Part shown: in pieces, positions 36,401 to 47,837 of the stretch
How the letters are laid out: the number at the start of each line of letters is the position of its first letter
Numbering within the stretch: the first letter of the stretch is position 1
NCBI RefSeq assembly: GCF_001194135.2
Contig: NC_068988.1
Span: 34,949,442-35,001,781, forward strand
Direction: 5' to 3'
Length of the DNA: 52,340 bases
Source: Octopus bimaculoides
Taxonomy: Eukaryota
Notes under the pieces: model-generated
What the model was told of the DNA's origin: nothing
Databases searched by the model: none
The model's input: the letters and a program-made list of their open reading frames with translations, nothing else
Program-made: the position numbers and the translations under genes

Positions 36401-36996
36401 CTGAATGTGCATGTGTAAATGTATATATGAAAGATTGGCATTTTCATATGTTAGAATGGTGAAAAACAGAAAAAAAAACATAAAACTTTCAAAACTTCAT
36501 TAGAACCACAAATGTTGTCATCTCAGATAATGAGAAATAGTTAAATGCCATCCATCATAAAGGGAAGTGATTAAATAAAACAAAGGAGAAATAAAAAAAA
36601 TGTTTTTTAAAAATACACTGCTACATAATTATATTGGAATATTTAAAAAAAAAGTTTTGGATGTAATGCTGTAAAAAACAACGGAATAGATTTCACGGAA
36701 ATTGAATGAGGTATAGTTTGAAAAAGAAAGAAAAAACATGTTTCTGTTTCCAACTCAGCATGGTAATACTTTTGTGGGTAAAAAGACTGCTGGTGTTTAG
36801 TGCAAAAGATGACATAAACATAGTGGATGTGTTTTTTTCTAATTTTCGCATCTATACTTCTGTGTTACTGAATAGTTTTGTTGAAGGTTCTGGGTTTAGA
36901 TCTTTTCGTTGTTGTTAGTTTTGTCATTCATCCTACTGAGGTTGATAATATAAATGACCAGTCAAGTATTAGGTACTTCAACAAACATTGCATATA

Positions 36997-37213
36997 TGAG
37001 GAGGTGCTGAAAAATTCCTGGCTTGAAAGGTATCGCTAGAAGCCTGGCTGGAGGCCCAAACTTTCGAGTTCTTTTGCAACACTCAATATAACTGAAGGAC
37101 CACTGCAATAAGTGTGTGAATCTGAGAGGGGAATATATTGTATAAAATCATAATTAATTGATCCTCCAGTATTTTCTTTTACCCAAGGCCAAGAACTTTT
37201 CAGTACACCCTAG
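36997..37213 (+). mobile_element. Mariner-type internal-deletion derivative (MITE)
   Basis: TA|tgaggaggtgctgaaaaattcctggc ... gccaagaacttttcagtacaccctag|TA (imperfect ~26-bp TIRs, TA duplication). The interior encodes DHCNKCVNLRGEYIV*, matching the mariner transposase C-terminus (W.KC....G.Y). Confidence 0.82.
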
Positions 37214-40077
37214 TACACATAAGTAATATTCTCTTTGAAATGATCCCATAAACTTATTCTAATCTCAATTTGACAAGATAATACAATGGAGGTAAAATAA
37301 CAGTATTGGTTTTTCACATTCTGCTGTAAGATTAGTGAGGGAAATGAAGGAAAGCATGCAGAATCTCTGGTTCTCACCTGAGAAGGCATACCTGAGAGAT
37401 TTCAAATATGTGACAGTTCCTTTTGTTCCCTCAACCAATCCATGTTCACCTTTACTTGTTTCATTGCCTTTCTCTAACCTGCTGTTTTGTTTGAAGGCTT
37501 GGTTGTGTCTTGGACAGGTACTGCTGTCTAGCAATAAAACTGAACAACTGTGACAGGGCAGAATAACAGGATAATACAGTGAAGAGTTTTTATAGTTTAG
37601 AAAGGGGTTCTTTCAAATAATAGTCCCTTTCTAAATAATCTCATTCTACTCTAGTCAAACAGAGTTGACTAAAATTTTATGTTGAACTGGTGGAAGGGTG
37701 GGAAGTGAAAGAAATGATAGAGGGAAGCGGATGCAAAGTCATGAAAATATATAGCCTTTATAAACTATTCCACTTAAGTTTAATATGATATATGCACTTA
37801 ATAAACCTGGGAGTTTTCTGTTGCAGTTTGACAGATTCTTTTAGATCTGTGTGTATGGGTGTATATATATATAGATAGATAGATAGAGAGAGAGAGAGAA
37901 ATGGGATATGTATGTATGTATGCTATTTTTAGTGTGTGTGTGTAAATTTTGAGGCATTTATCTAGTTTAGAATGCATAGCTATATTTGTGTATGTATAAG
38001 AAAAATGTGATATATGTTACATATGTATAGGAAAATGTGTATGCATATATGTCTGTTCATGATTTTATGGATGCATATGTATTTGTGTGTATTCACATAG
38101 ATTGAGAGACAAGTATATAGATGGTAACAAATGTACACAAACTATTAGAATGAATCAATAGTGAAAGTAAAGTGAAATAAATATACGTACATATGCATAC
38201 TAGCACCCATACAAATGTAATTGCACATGCATACATGTATGTAGGTACATGCATACAAATAAAAAAAAGGTCTTGTCACTTTATCATGACTGGTTTGGAT
38301 TCTGCAAAGAAGGACATTAATATATCTCAAAGAAATATATGCATACACTTGCCAACATGCTTGCGCACACACACACACACGCACACACACACACACACAC
38401 CACTCTCGCACACATGCACACACACACTTTCTCTCTCTCTCATACGTAGCTTCTCTTGGACATGGACTTGTAACTGTTACATTACATCACATTTTGACGG
38501 TTACACTTTCGCAATCCAAGAACAGGAGATAGCTAAAGAATAATTTATGAACCAATGCTGACTGTCACATCTCTGTGCAAGATATCATACATGTGGTCAT
38601 TCTCTTCCCAAACTATCACTAAGGTTCTAGTTTCCAATGTAAATTGAGGTTGGTATATATGTGTGTGTAAGAGAAACTACACTTGGGTGAAAACAGAGAG
38701 TGCCACTGTTGATGAATGTATACATATCAAAGCAAGGAATAACAGTGAAACACCTCCATCAAAAGCTTTGGCCATGTAAGAACATAAAAGACTTGATATG
38801 CTTGTTTGGACTATAAAAACATATCATGTACTGTCAAACAAGTCAGCTGTTCAGTAAATATGAACATTTCTGAACTGCTGGATACTCTACCTGTCACCAA
38901 CTTTTATGTTCTCTTCAAATAAAAGCACAGAATGACCAGTCATAATACCAGTAGAGAATGTAAATATCACATCAGCATTTTGCCCAGGCATGACAAGTTA
39001 AGATATGGCATATCAACATTCACGTACTTGCATTAACAATGCCTTTGGAAAGTATAGCATTTCTAGTCAAAATATAAATTTGCATTTATACCAATAATTA
39101 TCATAGGTACACTTAACTATGTTAGCAAGTGACTGCTTGACAATCTCAAAGAGCTAAGGTTTCCAGACAAAAGAAGTGACCAGCAAATATGGCTTTGCAA
39201 ATATAGTCTGTAAGTGGAACAGTAAAAATATGCAAGATTTTTCTAAAGTTTTCCATGCAACTTGTCATCACTGTTATTCTTCATGGTGGAGTATTGTTTC
39301 TTTGTTAGAAACTGGTTCCTTATTTAAGTGAAGAATTCAAATTCAGAAAGAATTGTGACATACACACATGACTTCCAAGTTGCTGTTTTCTAAATGCCAG
39401 TGAAGGAACCTTGTTTTTGAGCCAGAGCTTAGCGCTTTCTCTGTTGGTGAGAAATTTATTATAAGAAGAATCATACATATTAACACAGTCACATGGACAC
39501 ATTGATGCTCTGTCTGTTCTTCTATATCTATCTGTCTTTGTGTCTGTCATGTATTAAAAGAAATGTGTATTATTGTGAGGGTAAGTAAAAAAAAAGGTGC
39601 TTCTATGCAGTGGCTAGCTAGAAACTGCAGCCAAATACCCCAAAAATTATATACTTTCAAAAGAAGGACACTTAGGATAATGTAGGCTTGATGTATTGTA
39701 TCTAGAGCAAAAGATTGGTTTATCACTGCTTTGACTTTGCTACATGGGTAAAGAACACTGGCAAATACAACATAGAGTCTATGTTATAGACCATGGACCG
39801 AAAAAAGGGTCTCTGCTTTCAACCCTACTAGAAAAAGCAACCAAACCTCCCTTTAGATTATCCCTTATCATTAAAGCAAAAATGCAAAATCATTATAAAA
39901 AAAAGTGATACTTAAATATGTGCCTTTGGTTAAGAAGTTCATTTCACATCCATGTCACTACCTGGCACCTTGGGTAAATGTCTTCTAAAGGCTCACTGGA
40001 CCAATTTGTGAATGAAATTTAGTGAACAGAAATTGCTTGGTAACCTGTGTGTACTTGTGTGCTTTTTTTGTTATGTG

Positions 40078-40389
40078 AAGGCATGTGGCTTAGTGGTTAG
40101 GGAATTCAACTCCTGATCATAAGGTTGTGAGTTTGATTTCTGGCAGCACATTGTGTCCTTGAGCAGGACACTTTATTTCATGTCTCTGCAGTTCACTCAG
40201 CTGGCGAAAATGAATTGTGCACTTAATTCAAAAGCCAGTCTTGCAGCATTTTATATGACATTGAATCCCCCTGCGAACTACATTAGGGTTAGGTGTGTGG
40301 AGTATCAGTTACTTGCACTTTAATTTCACAAAGTGGCTGTTCCACTGGTTGGATCAACTGGAACCCTCATTATAACTGACCGAGTGCCA
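40078..40389 (+). mobile_element. tRNA-headed SINE family C, near full-length
   Basis: A-box 'tggcttagtggttagg' and B-box 'gagtttgattt/c'. Then 'ttgtgtccttgagcaggacac' (CORE-like) and a 3' part ending 'ggatcaactggaaccctc...gagtgcc'. Confidence 0.82.
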
Positions 40390-42669
40390 ATTTCTTGGGT
40401 CATCTCAGTGGTCCTATGTACAAAGACTACCTTATTTGAAAGACAGGTAAAGATTGGCATCAGGAATGGCATATAGGCAGAGAATGTTGTTCCAAAGCAT
40501 CTCATGTAACCCATACCAACACGGAAAAAGCTGACATAAAAGTAATGTCAATCATGCTGATGATAAGGAAGTCACTGTAGGACATCCTTTGATTGTAGAC
40601 CTGTTCCACCAGCCTTTGACACAGTGAAGGAGAACTACATAAAGACAAGAACAAAACAACTCCAACAATAACAACAACTTTGGAAGGGGCATTCATTGAA
40701 ACAATGACAATATTTTCTATGAAACAAATAATAAATTACCTGCATGACACACATACAAACCATGCTTGCAAACAACATATTGCATGCACACACACACACA
40801 CTATCTCTCTCTCTCTCTCTCTGTCTCTCTGTCTCTCTCTGTCTCTCTCTCTCTCACTCACACTCAAACTCTTACCCAATGATTCACTCCCCTCAGTAGC
40901 AACAGAACTCCCTTCTTTCTATTCATTATTGAGTGCAAATTTATACATCATCACATTTTGTGATGGTTTTTATCTCATTGTTTTTCTCTTTTAGTTTTTT
41001 TGCCTTTGTTCCCTTGCGTTTTTTGTGCTTATTTGTTTAGGTGGTGGTTTTGTTTATTGTTTTTTTTTTTAACGATTTGTCAGCATATCAAATGATGAAT
41101 CAATAATACTTTAGAAATTAAACAAATCAAATAAATGATTAGATACATTATAAACGTGTCTGTGTATATGTGTCCTCTATGCGTGTGTTTGTGTGTATAA
41201 ATATACATACATACACAAATACACATATACCATGCACATACATGTGCACACATATACATATATACACACATCTCCCACACATGCATGCCAACATACATAT
41301 ATTTATATATATGTAAGTGTGTGTGTGTGTGTGTATACACATATATGCACACATAAATGTGTATGTATGCATTAAACACCATCAGTAGTTCATTATTTTT
41401 TTATTGATTTAATTATTTTAGTACTTGTTTGTTCACGTATAATCCAATGTTAGGTGAATATTTGTGTGTATGTATGTGTATGTGTGTGTGTATATATGTT
41501 TGTGAAAACCAAGCAAGCAAAACACACCTCTTCATGATGGTGCATGTATGTACGTGTACATACATGTATGTATATGTGTACATGTTTGAGTGGGTAGCTA
41601 GGAGGACTGTTTTTTAATTAAATCTTGTGTACTATTCTTACAGAGCAGGGTTATGCAAATGATGTTCTCTCTTTGCTCTGTTTATCGATAAACACTTCAG
41701 TGCACTATGCATAGTGTGCTAACTTAGTGCTTTGCTGCACATTGCAATTAGGTGTTTGGTTCAGACTGGTGGTATTGTTGGTTGTGTTCACCCTTCCCCA
41801 CTCCACTTCTATTTATTACCTTGTTTAGCCGTCTGTGGTGCGTGTAAAATTTGCTGTTACGCTTACGAGATGACTCTTGTTTCCGTGTATATGCATGTCT
41901 CTGTACATGCGTATTTGTTTTTAACTATGCACTGCTCTAAGTGTTTGTGATACATATATGTGTGTGTGCGTATATATAATTCAAACATATATATATTACC
42001 TCTATCGTCATTGTTGTTGTTTTACATCTATTTTTTCCTTGCTTTCAACGGTTAGTTGGCAATGTCTCACTGTTTGTCACAGTCCTTTATCATCTGTTAT
42101 ATAACTCTGAAGAAAACAACTAATCTTTGTTGTATTGTTACCATGAGTGTATTCCTTTCTGGTGCATTTTCTGTTACATTTAGTCTTAAAGGAAGGCAGT
42201 ACTCCTGACACGTTACTAGACTAGTGGGAGTTGAGGAGAACAGCATCCTCAAACTAAGAGACCTGGCCCAAATGAAGCAAACTCTGCTAAAACAACCCTG
42301 GGTATTAAGTGATGATGTTAAGCCAGGAGACAGATTAGGTCCAGCACCTTAATAGACTGTGGCAGGATTTGAACTCAGAATGCAAAGAACTAAAAGAAAT
42401 CTTGCAAAGCAACCTATTCAGTGCTTTCATGAATCTGCCATTTCATGCACTTCAGATTGCCAGTTAGAACATGAAAGATATATGTATGTAATATATTTAG
42501 TTTTAAGAACCGGTTATTTGTATGGCTATGGCAAAGTAGAATTATAAAATGTATATAAATGTAGCGGGTAGTAGATCTCTGTCGTTTGATGATGATGATG
42601 ATTCACTTGTTTGGTCAACTGGTTTAACATGTAAGTGTTTGAGCATTCCACAGGAACGTATACCTTTAA

Positions 42670-42870
42670 CCCTTTAGCATTTAAATTGGCCATATGCAGC
42701 CCAAATATTCTACTTGTTCTATTTCCAAACTGACCAGATCTGGTTTATCACGCCTATCCTACAATATCATCCTAGAAATATATCCAAACTACAAGATAAT
42801 GCATTTTTGATTGAAAACAATGTGAATGAAGAAACATTACATTTGACAGAATAATTTAAATGCTAAAGGG
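42670..42870 (+). mobile_element. piggyBac-type MITE, subfamily 2
   Basis: Perfect 17-bp TIR 'ccctttagcatttaaat'/'atttaaatgctaaaggg' flanked by TTAA (42666-42669 and 42871-42874). Confidence 0.92.
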
Positions 42871-43539
42871 TTAATCTAATTCTCAATCAGAAACAGTGTT
42901 GGTAAATCCTAGACTTTCGAAACTGTCATTTCCCCAAGATGCTACACACTAGCATCAAATGCAAGACCTCATGTTTGCAAACTGTTTGGTCATAATGCGA
43001 CTCAACTCTCACAGTTTCAGGAAGAGCAGTGCTTTTGATTTTTTTTTTTTTTTTTGCAAGGCTTCTTGGACTGTTTGGGTAAAGAATAACAGAAACCTTA
43101 ACCCTTATGTTTCTCTAAGAAAATGTAAATTTACACTTGAACCAGGGACTTGATTTAAATGCTTGCAACAGAGTGAACTCCACTTCTCTAACGTCCACTG
43201 AATGGTCAGCTGGTCAGTAGATTAAACAAACCCTTATACAGCCATTCATTGTAAGCTAAACAACTTCAGATATTTTTCCAAAGCTTCCTTGGAAATTAAA
43301 AGGTAAGTTTGTGGAATATTGATATTTCAATTGCATAGGACATAGAATGACTAGCATATCAAGTCCTTGCCCTTCAACAGCATGCAGCAGAAAAAGACAA
43401 AGGGGCTATTTGGCTGGTTGATGGAACAGGAAATGGACAGCAGCCTTGAAAATAGTAATTTCCTCACAAAATTGAAAGGTGGTATAATAGGTCCTTCCCA
43501 TTAAGTAATAAAAGAGAGCAGGTGCAAAGAATTACAGAC

Positions 43540-43629
43540 CTCTTTCTCTCTCTCTCTCTCCCTCTCTTTCTCTCTCTCCCTCTCCCTCTCTCTCTCCCCC
43601 TCTCTCTCTTTCTCTCTCTCTCTTTCTCT

Positions 43630-43673
<44 letters not shown>

Positions 43674-43682
43674 CGCTTTCTC
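43540..43682. repeat. Long imperfect (CT)n / GA-repeat tract
   Basis: Direct. Confidence 0.95.
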
Positions 43683-45085
43683 TCACAGAGTCAGAAATGT
43701 CATGCAACAAATTACCACAGAGAAACTGATAAAGATTCTTAAAACGAGAACGAATTGCTCCAAGATACTACTTTTCATATTAACCTGTTGTTCTACAGAT
43801 TTCTTTTCTTTTTTGTCTTTTTTCTTCTTTTCCTCCTCCTCCTCAACCAGTAAGTGAAAGTTTGCATGGTCATGCACACGCTTGCGCTTACACACTGTGT
43901 GTGTCTATTTCTCTTTCATTTATTACTCACAGTTCGCCTTTATACTTATATATCACATTTATTGGATTAGAATATATTTAATAATTCTCATAGAATAAGC
44001 ACTAAGTGTTAGATGTATTGGTTTATAGAAGAAAATGAGGTTGTGTGATGTTCATATTTTATCTTTTTTTTGTCTTTTCTTTTTGTTATTTCTAGATTGT
44101 TAGTGACTAAGATGAAGTGACACAGCAGTAAATTGGAAGTCAAAACATAGTTATTATTGTTCTTACTTAACCAGGAAATTCTTCAAACACTGTTCTTCAT
44201 CCCAAACTAATTTGCTGTAGAAATTTGAGCAAGATTTGAGCAAGATTGAGCAAGATCCAAAATCGCATATTTCTATATTGCTCCTAGCGCCTTTATATAT
44301 GGTAGACATTCCTTTATCTGTCCTTTTATGCATCTGCCAAGTTTGGAATTCTCACTTATGTTCCTATCTCAGTTGGCAGGAGTTGGAAAAAGTTTTTTCT
44401 TGCTGTTTTGTCAAGAGGGAAGACAGTACCTGTGACCCTTTACAGAACCCTGCAACTAGTGGTAGGCTAGGAAGGAAGAAAAAATTATCCTCAAACCAGA
44501 AACTGACCTGAGTGGACTCAGCTGTACTAAAGTCACCTTAAGTGCCAGACGGCTGTATTAAACCTAGCAACAAATCAAATCTGCCTCCCAATTAGGCCTT
44601 GGAAACAAGCAATACAAGTCATTCACTTCAACATTCTTACACTTACAATAATCCTCTGCCTGACTTGGTACATTTTTACTGACCCTGAAAGGATTAAAAG
44701 CAAAGTTGACCTCTGAATGGTTTGATTGCAGAGTGTTGAGAGTTGAAACTAATACCATGAGGTGTTCACCCCAATTCGCTAATGACTCTTCCAATTCACT
44801 GCTTAGTTGTTAAAACGAATTCTGATTTCATTCTTTGGTAATAACCTGGTCATATATAGTCTTTTATGGAAGTGAAGTCTGGCTAATTGGTACATTCTTC
44901 TTCAAATACAGTATCTTCCTCCACAAGTTTTTCTCATTATTTCTCCGATTAATCAAAGCAACAAAAGTTTTAGTCATTTTGGAATTGTTGTCTATGAAAC
45001 TAGATTTTAAAAAAATTTTATTTTTATATATGGCAAATAATGTTTGCACGATTTGCAGAAAAGTTTTGGTGAGAACCACTTTGAG

Positions 45086-45387
45086 AACAGTTGTGCTGTG
45101 ACACCCAGTGGAGTAGTAACTTCAGAGAATTGAATGCCATCTCTTGGGCCATTTTTTTCATTAACATTGTTTCATATAAGACCGACCATAAATTTATGTC
45201 TCAGCAGGAAGGAATTTTAAACATAGTAGAAAATATTGCTAATAGATTTCCCATCTGTTTGATTGCAAAACAATCATACTATAAATGGTACTGGTAGACG
45301 AAATGGATATACCCAGTAATATCATTGTTGTTGAAGATCTGCAGAACAAATGGTGTCACAGTGGGTAGCTCCTTCTTGTGTTATTAG
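45086..45387 (+). mobile_element. Probable hAT transposase relic
   Basis: One frame carries LCCDTQWSSNFRELNAI (cf. hAT TRWxSRxxxxxAI). After one stop it reads YPVISLLLKICRTNGVTVGSSF (cf. hAT dimerisation domain YP.I..xLKI.LTxPVTVASxERSF). The spacing is too short for an intact gene and no TIRs were found. Confidence 0.5.
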
Positions 45388-45435
45388 ACGAATCATTGTA
45401 AAATGAAATGTAATGTAGTTATACATTTATTGTTG

Positions 45436-45492
<57 letters not shown>

Positions 45493-46273
45493 CATATACA
45501 GTATGTATATGTGTCTGTGTATATGTGTACATAGTATGGCTATAATGACCAAATAATGTTTATTCAGTTGTTAGTCACTGACAAATGATACATATCTAGG
45601 CTGGTGCCTTACTAAAAACTTAACATAGATTTCACTAAGCATTTTAAAAAAGTGATATGCTCATTTAGATGAGTTGTAGACGGTTGATACCTGATCAGAT
45701 CATTTAATCGCAATCTTACCCTGCACACTTACTTGCACACACATACACAGACATACTGACACAAATATACAGACATGCAAGTGTAAATGTATTTGTGTAC
45801 TGAGTTATGATTATATACATATCATGATATTTATTTTCTGGGTGATAGTGATGCTGGTATGTAATGATTCCTAAAAATATAATGACAATGATGATGATTT
45901 CACCACATGAAATATATTGCTGACATTGTAGACGTTATTTTTGCTGTTGCTTTTGGTCTTGTTATTTTTTTTTTTTTTTGTGTGTATGTTTTTTTTTTAA
46001 TTCTTCTTGTTCAGAGCAATTTTGTTTTTTCTAACGAATCAGCGAAAATTTTTATAAACACCACAAAAGAATAACAGCGTATAAATTTTATATACATGTG
46101 TATGTGCATGCGCGTGTGTGTGTATAATTGATTTTACAGAAAATAAAAAAAATATGTACTTAAATAACACTGAAGATGATAACCATCTCTCATTTTTAAT
46201 ATTTTAAGGTGGGGAAAAATAAATTTGTTGAAGTATTTCTGAATGGCCTCTACAAAAACAGTTATATTAACAG

Positions 46274-46287
46274 TAATAATAATAATG

Positions 46288-46334
<47 letters not shown>
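46274..46334. repeat. (AAT)n microsatellite
   Basis: Direct. It is the tail of the adjacent minus-strand family A SINE. Confidence 0.97.
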
Positions 46335-46336
<2 letters not shown>

Positions 46337-46789
46337 TTTCAAATTTTGGTACAAGGCCAGCAACTTCAGGGGAGGGGGTAAGTCGATTACATCAACCTCA
46401 GTGCTCAACTGGTACTTAACTTATCAACCCCAAAAGGATGAAAAGTAACGTCAACCTCAACAGAATCTGAACTTGGAACATAAAGACAGAGGAAATGCCA
46501 CGAAACATTTCGTCTGGCATGCTTCTGAGTCTGCCAGTTCACCACCTTACCAATAATAGTAATAATAATGATAATAGTTTCAAATTTTAGCAGAAGGCCA
46601 GCAATTTTGAGGAAGTGATGGGTAACTCAATTACATTGAGTCCTGTACTCAATTGGTACTTTATTTTATCAAGCCCAGAAAGATGAAAGTCAAAGTTGAC
46701 CCTACCATGACCTCAGTTCAGAACATAAAGAAATAGAACACATGCGGTTAAGCATTTTGTCTTATACCTAAAAATTCTGCCAGTTCGCC

Positions 46790-46826
<37 letters not shown>

Positions 46827-46987
46827 CCTTCCCATTATAGGCTCAAGGTGGGGGCTAGTCAATTACATTGACCCCAGTGCTCAACTGGTACTTATTTAAT
46901 CGAACCCCAAAGGACGAAAGGCAAAGTCGACCTCAGCAGAATTCGAACTCAGAATGGACCAATGGGTGAAATACCGCTTAGCATTTC

Positions 46988-47224
46988 ATTATTTACATTA
47001 TTTATATTTGACGGATATTTGTCCTCATCTTGTTTGTTAACAATGTTTCGGCTGATATACCCTCCAGCCTTCATCAGGTGTCTTGGGGAAATTTTGAACC
47101 TGGGTTCTCACTCCTAAGGTATTTTTTGGTGATATTATTGTTATTATTCAGGTCACTGCCAGGAATCAAACTCTGAATCTTGGGGTTAGTAGCCTGCACT
47201 CTTAACCATTACACCAAATGTCCG
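46988..47224 (-). mobile_element. tRNA-headed SINE family D nested in a family A copy; 3' half has a hammerhead-like motif
   Basis: On the minus strand: A-box-like 'tggtgtaatggttaag', 'caggctactaacccc', B-box-like 'gagtttgattcc', an AAT-rich linker, 'ccccaagacacctgatgaaggctggagggtatatcagccgaaacattgtt' and a (TAAATAATG)-like tail. The host SINE resumes on both sides. Confidence 0.8.
47036..47082 (-). ncRNA. Hammerhead-ribozyme-like core (minimal type I, degenerate copy)
   Basis: CTGATGA at 47077-47071, one extra A, a perfect 5-bp stem II GGCTG/CAGCC with a 10-nt loop, then GAAAC. Stems I and III are weak in this copy. Confidence 0.5.
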
Positions 47225-47632
47225 TGGTAATGATTCTGCCAGCTCACCGCCTTAATAATGATGATAATAATCCTTTCTAAAAAAGGCACAAGGCCTAAAG
47301 TTTGGTGGTTGGGACTTATTGATTACAACAATCTCAGGGCTCAATTGGTAGTTTTTTCGCTACCCCCTACCTCCACACACACAGAAAAAAAAAGGATGAA
47401 AGGCAACGTTGACCTTGGTGGAATTTGAACTCAGAACATAAAGATGGATGAAAGGTTGCTAAGCATTTTTCCCACCATGTTAATGCTTCTTCCAGTTGAT
47501 TTTAACATATCCACAAAGCCAGAAATTTGGCAGGATTTGAACAATCAATTGTATTGATCTCAGTATTTGACTGATATTTTAATTTGTTGACTTAGGAAGG
47601 ATTTCTTACATGGGCACAAGAAAGCCCATTGA

Positions 47633-47837
47633 CTCTTTTGATACTATTCTGCAAACTTCCAGTTTTATTCTGATCTAAAGTAAACCCGACTTTCAAAATT
47701 CCATGTTGGTTTATGTTCCACATAATAATGTCATTAATAATGACAAATTTATTTTAGTAAATTCTTCATTATTTCCAAAATCAATTGAAACAAATGCAGT
47801 GTATTCAAAAAAAAAAAAAAAACAATGGAAAAAAGGG
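47633..47837 (+). mobile_element. piggyBac-type MITE, subfamily 1 (degenerate)
   Basis: 'ttga|ctcttttgatac...tgatctaaa...gaaacaaatgcagtg...aaaaggg|ttaa', a homologue of 3701-3916. Confidence 0.72.

Larger units (their letters stand above)
46335..47600 (-). mobile_element. Head-to-tail stack of 5 SINE family A copies separated by (AAT)n
   Basis: Copies at about 46335-46550, 46575-46790, 46825-47252 (interrupted), 47275-47490 and 47510-47600, each repeating 'tggtactta', 'gaaaggcaaagtcgacct' and 'gaactcagaac'. Confidence 0.85.

Noticed and set aside
38887-38997. Minus-strand VMPGQNADVIFTF...KVG, faintly like EF-Tu domain III
   Set aside because: It is bounded by stops, has no usable acceptor, and the similarity rests on a few residues.
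41703-41716. Perfect 14-bp palindrome cactatgcatagtg
   Set aside because: Several palindromes of this size are expected by chance in 52 kb of AT-rich DNA.
44224-44255. Short tandem repeats (11 bp x3 here; similar at 4900-4950, 25225-25270, 32115-32145)
   Set aside because: They are ordinary small slippage duplications with no further structure.
47150-47224. tRNA genes at SINE heads (also 13380-13445, 14411-14470, 40078-40145)
   Set aside because: They have A/B boxes but no complete cloverleaf or acceptor stem, and they continue into SINE bodies.
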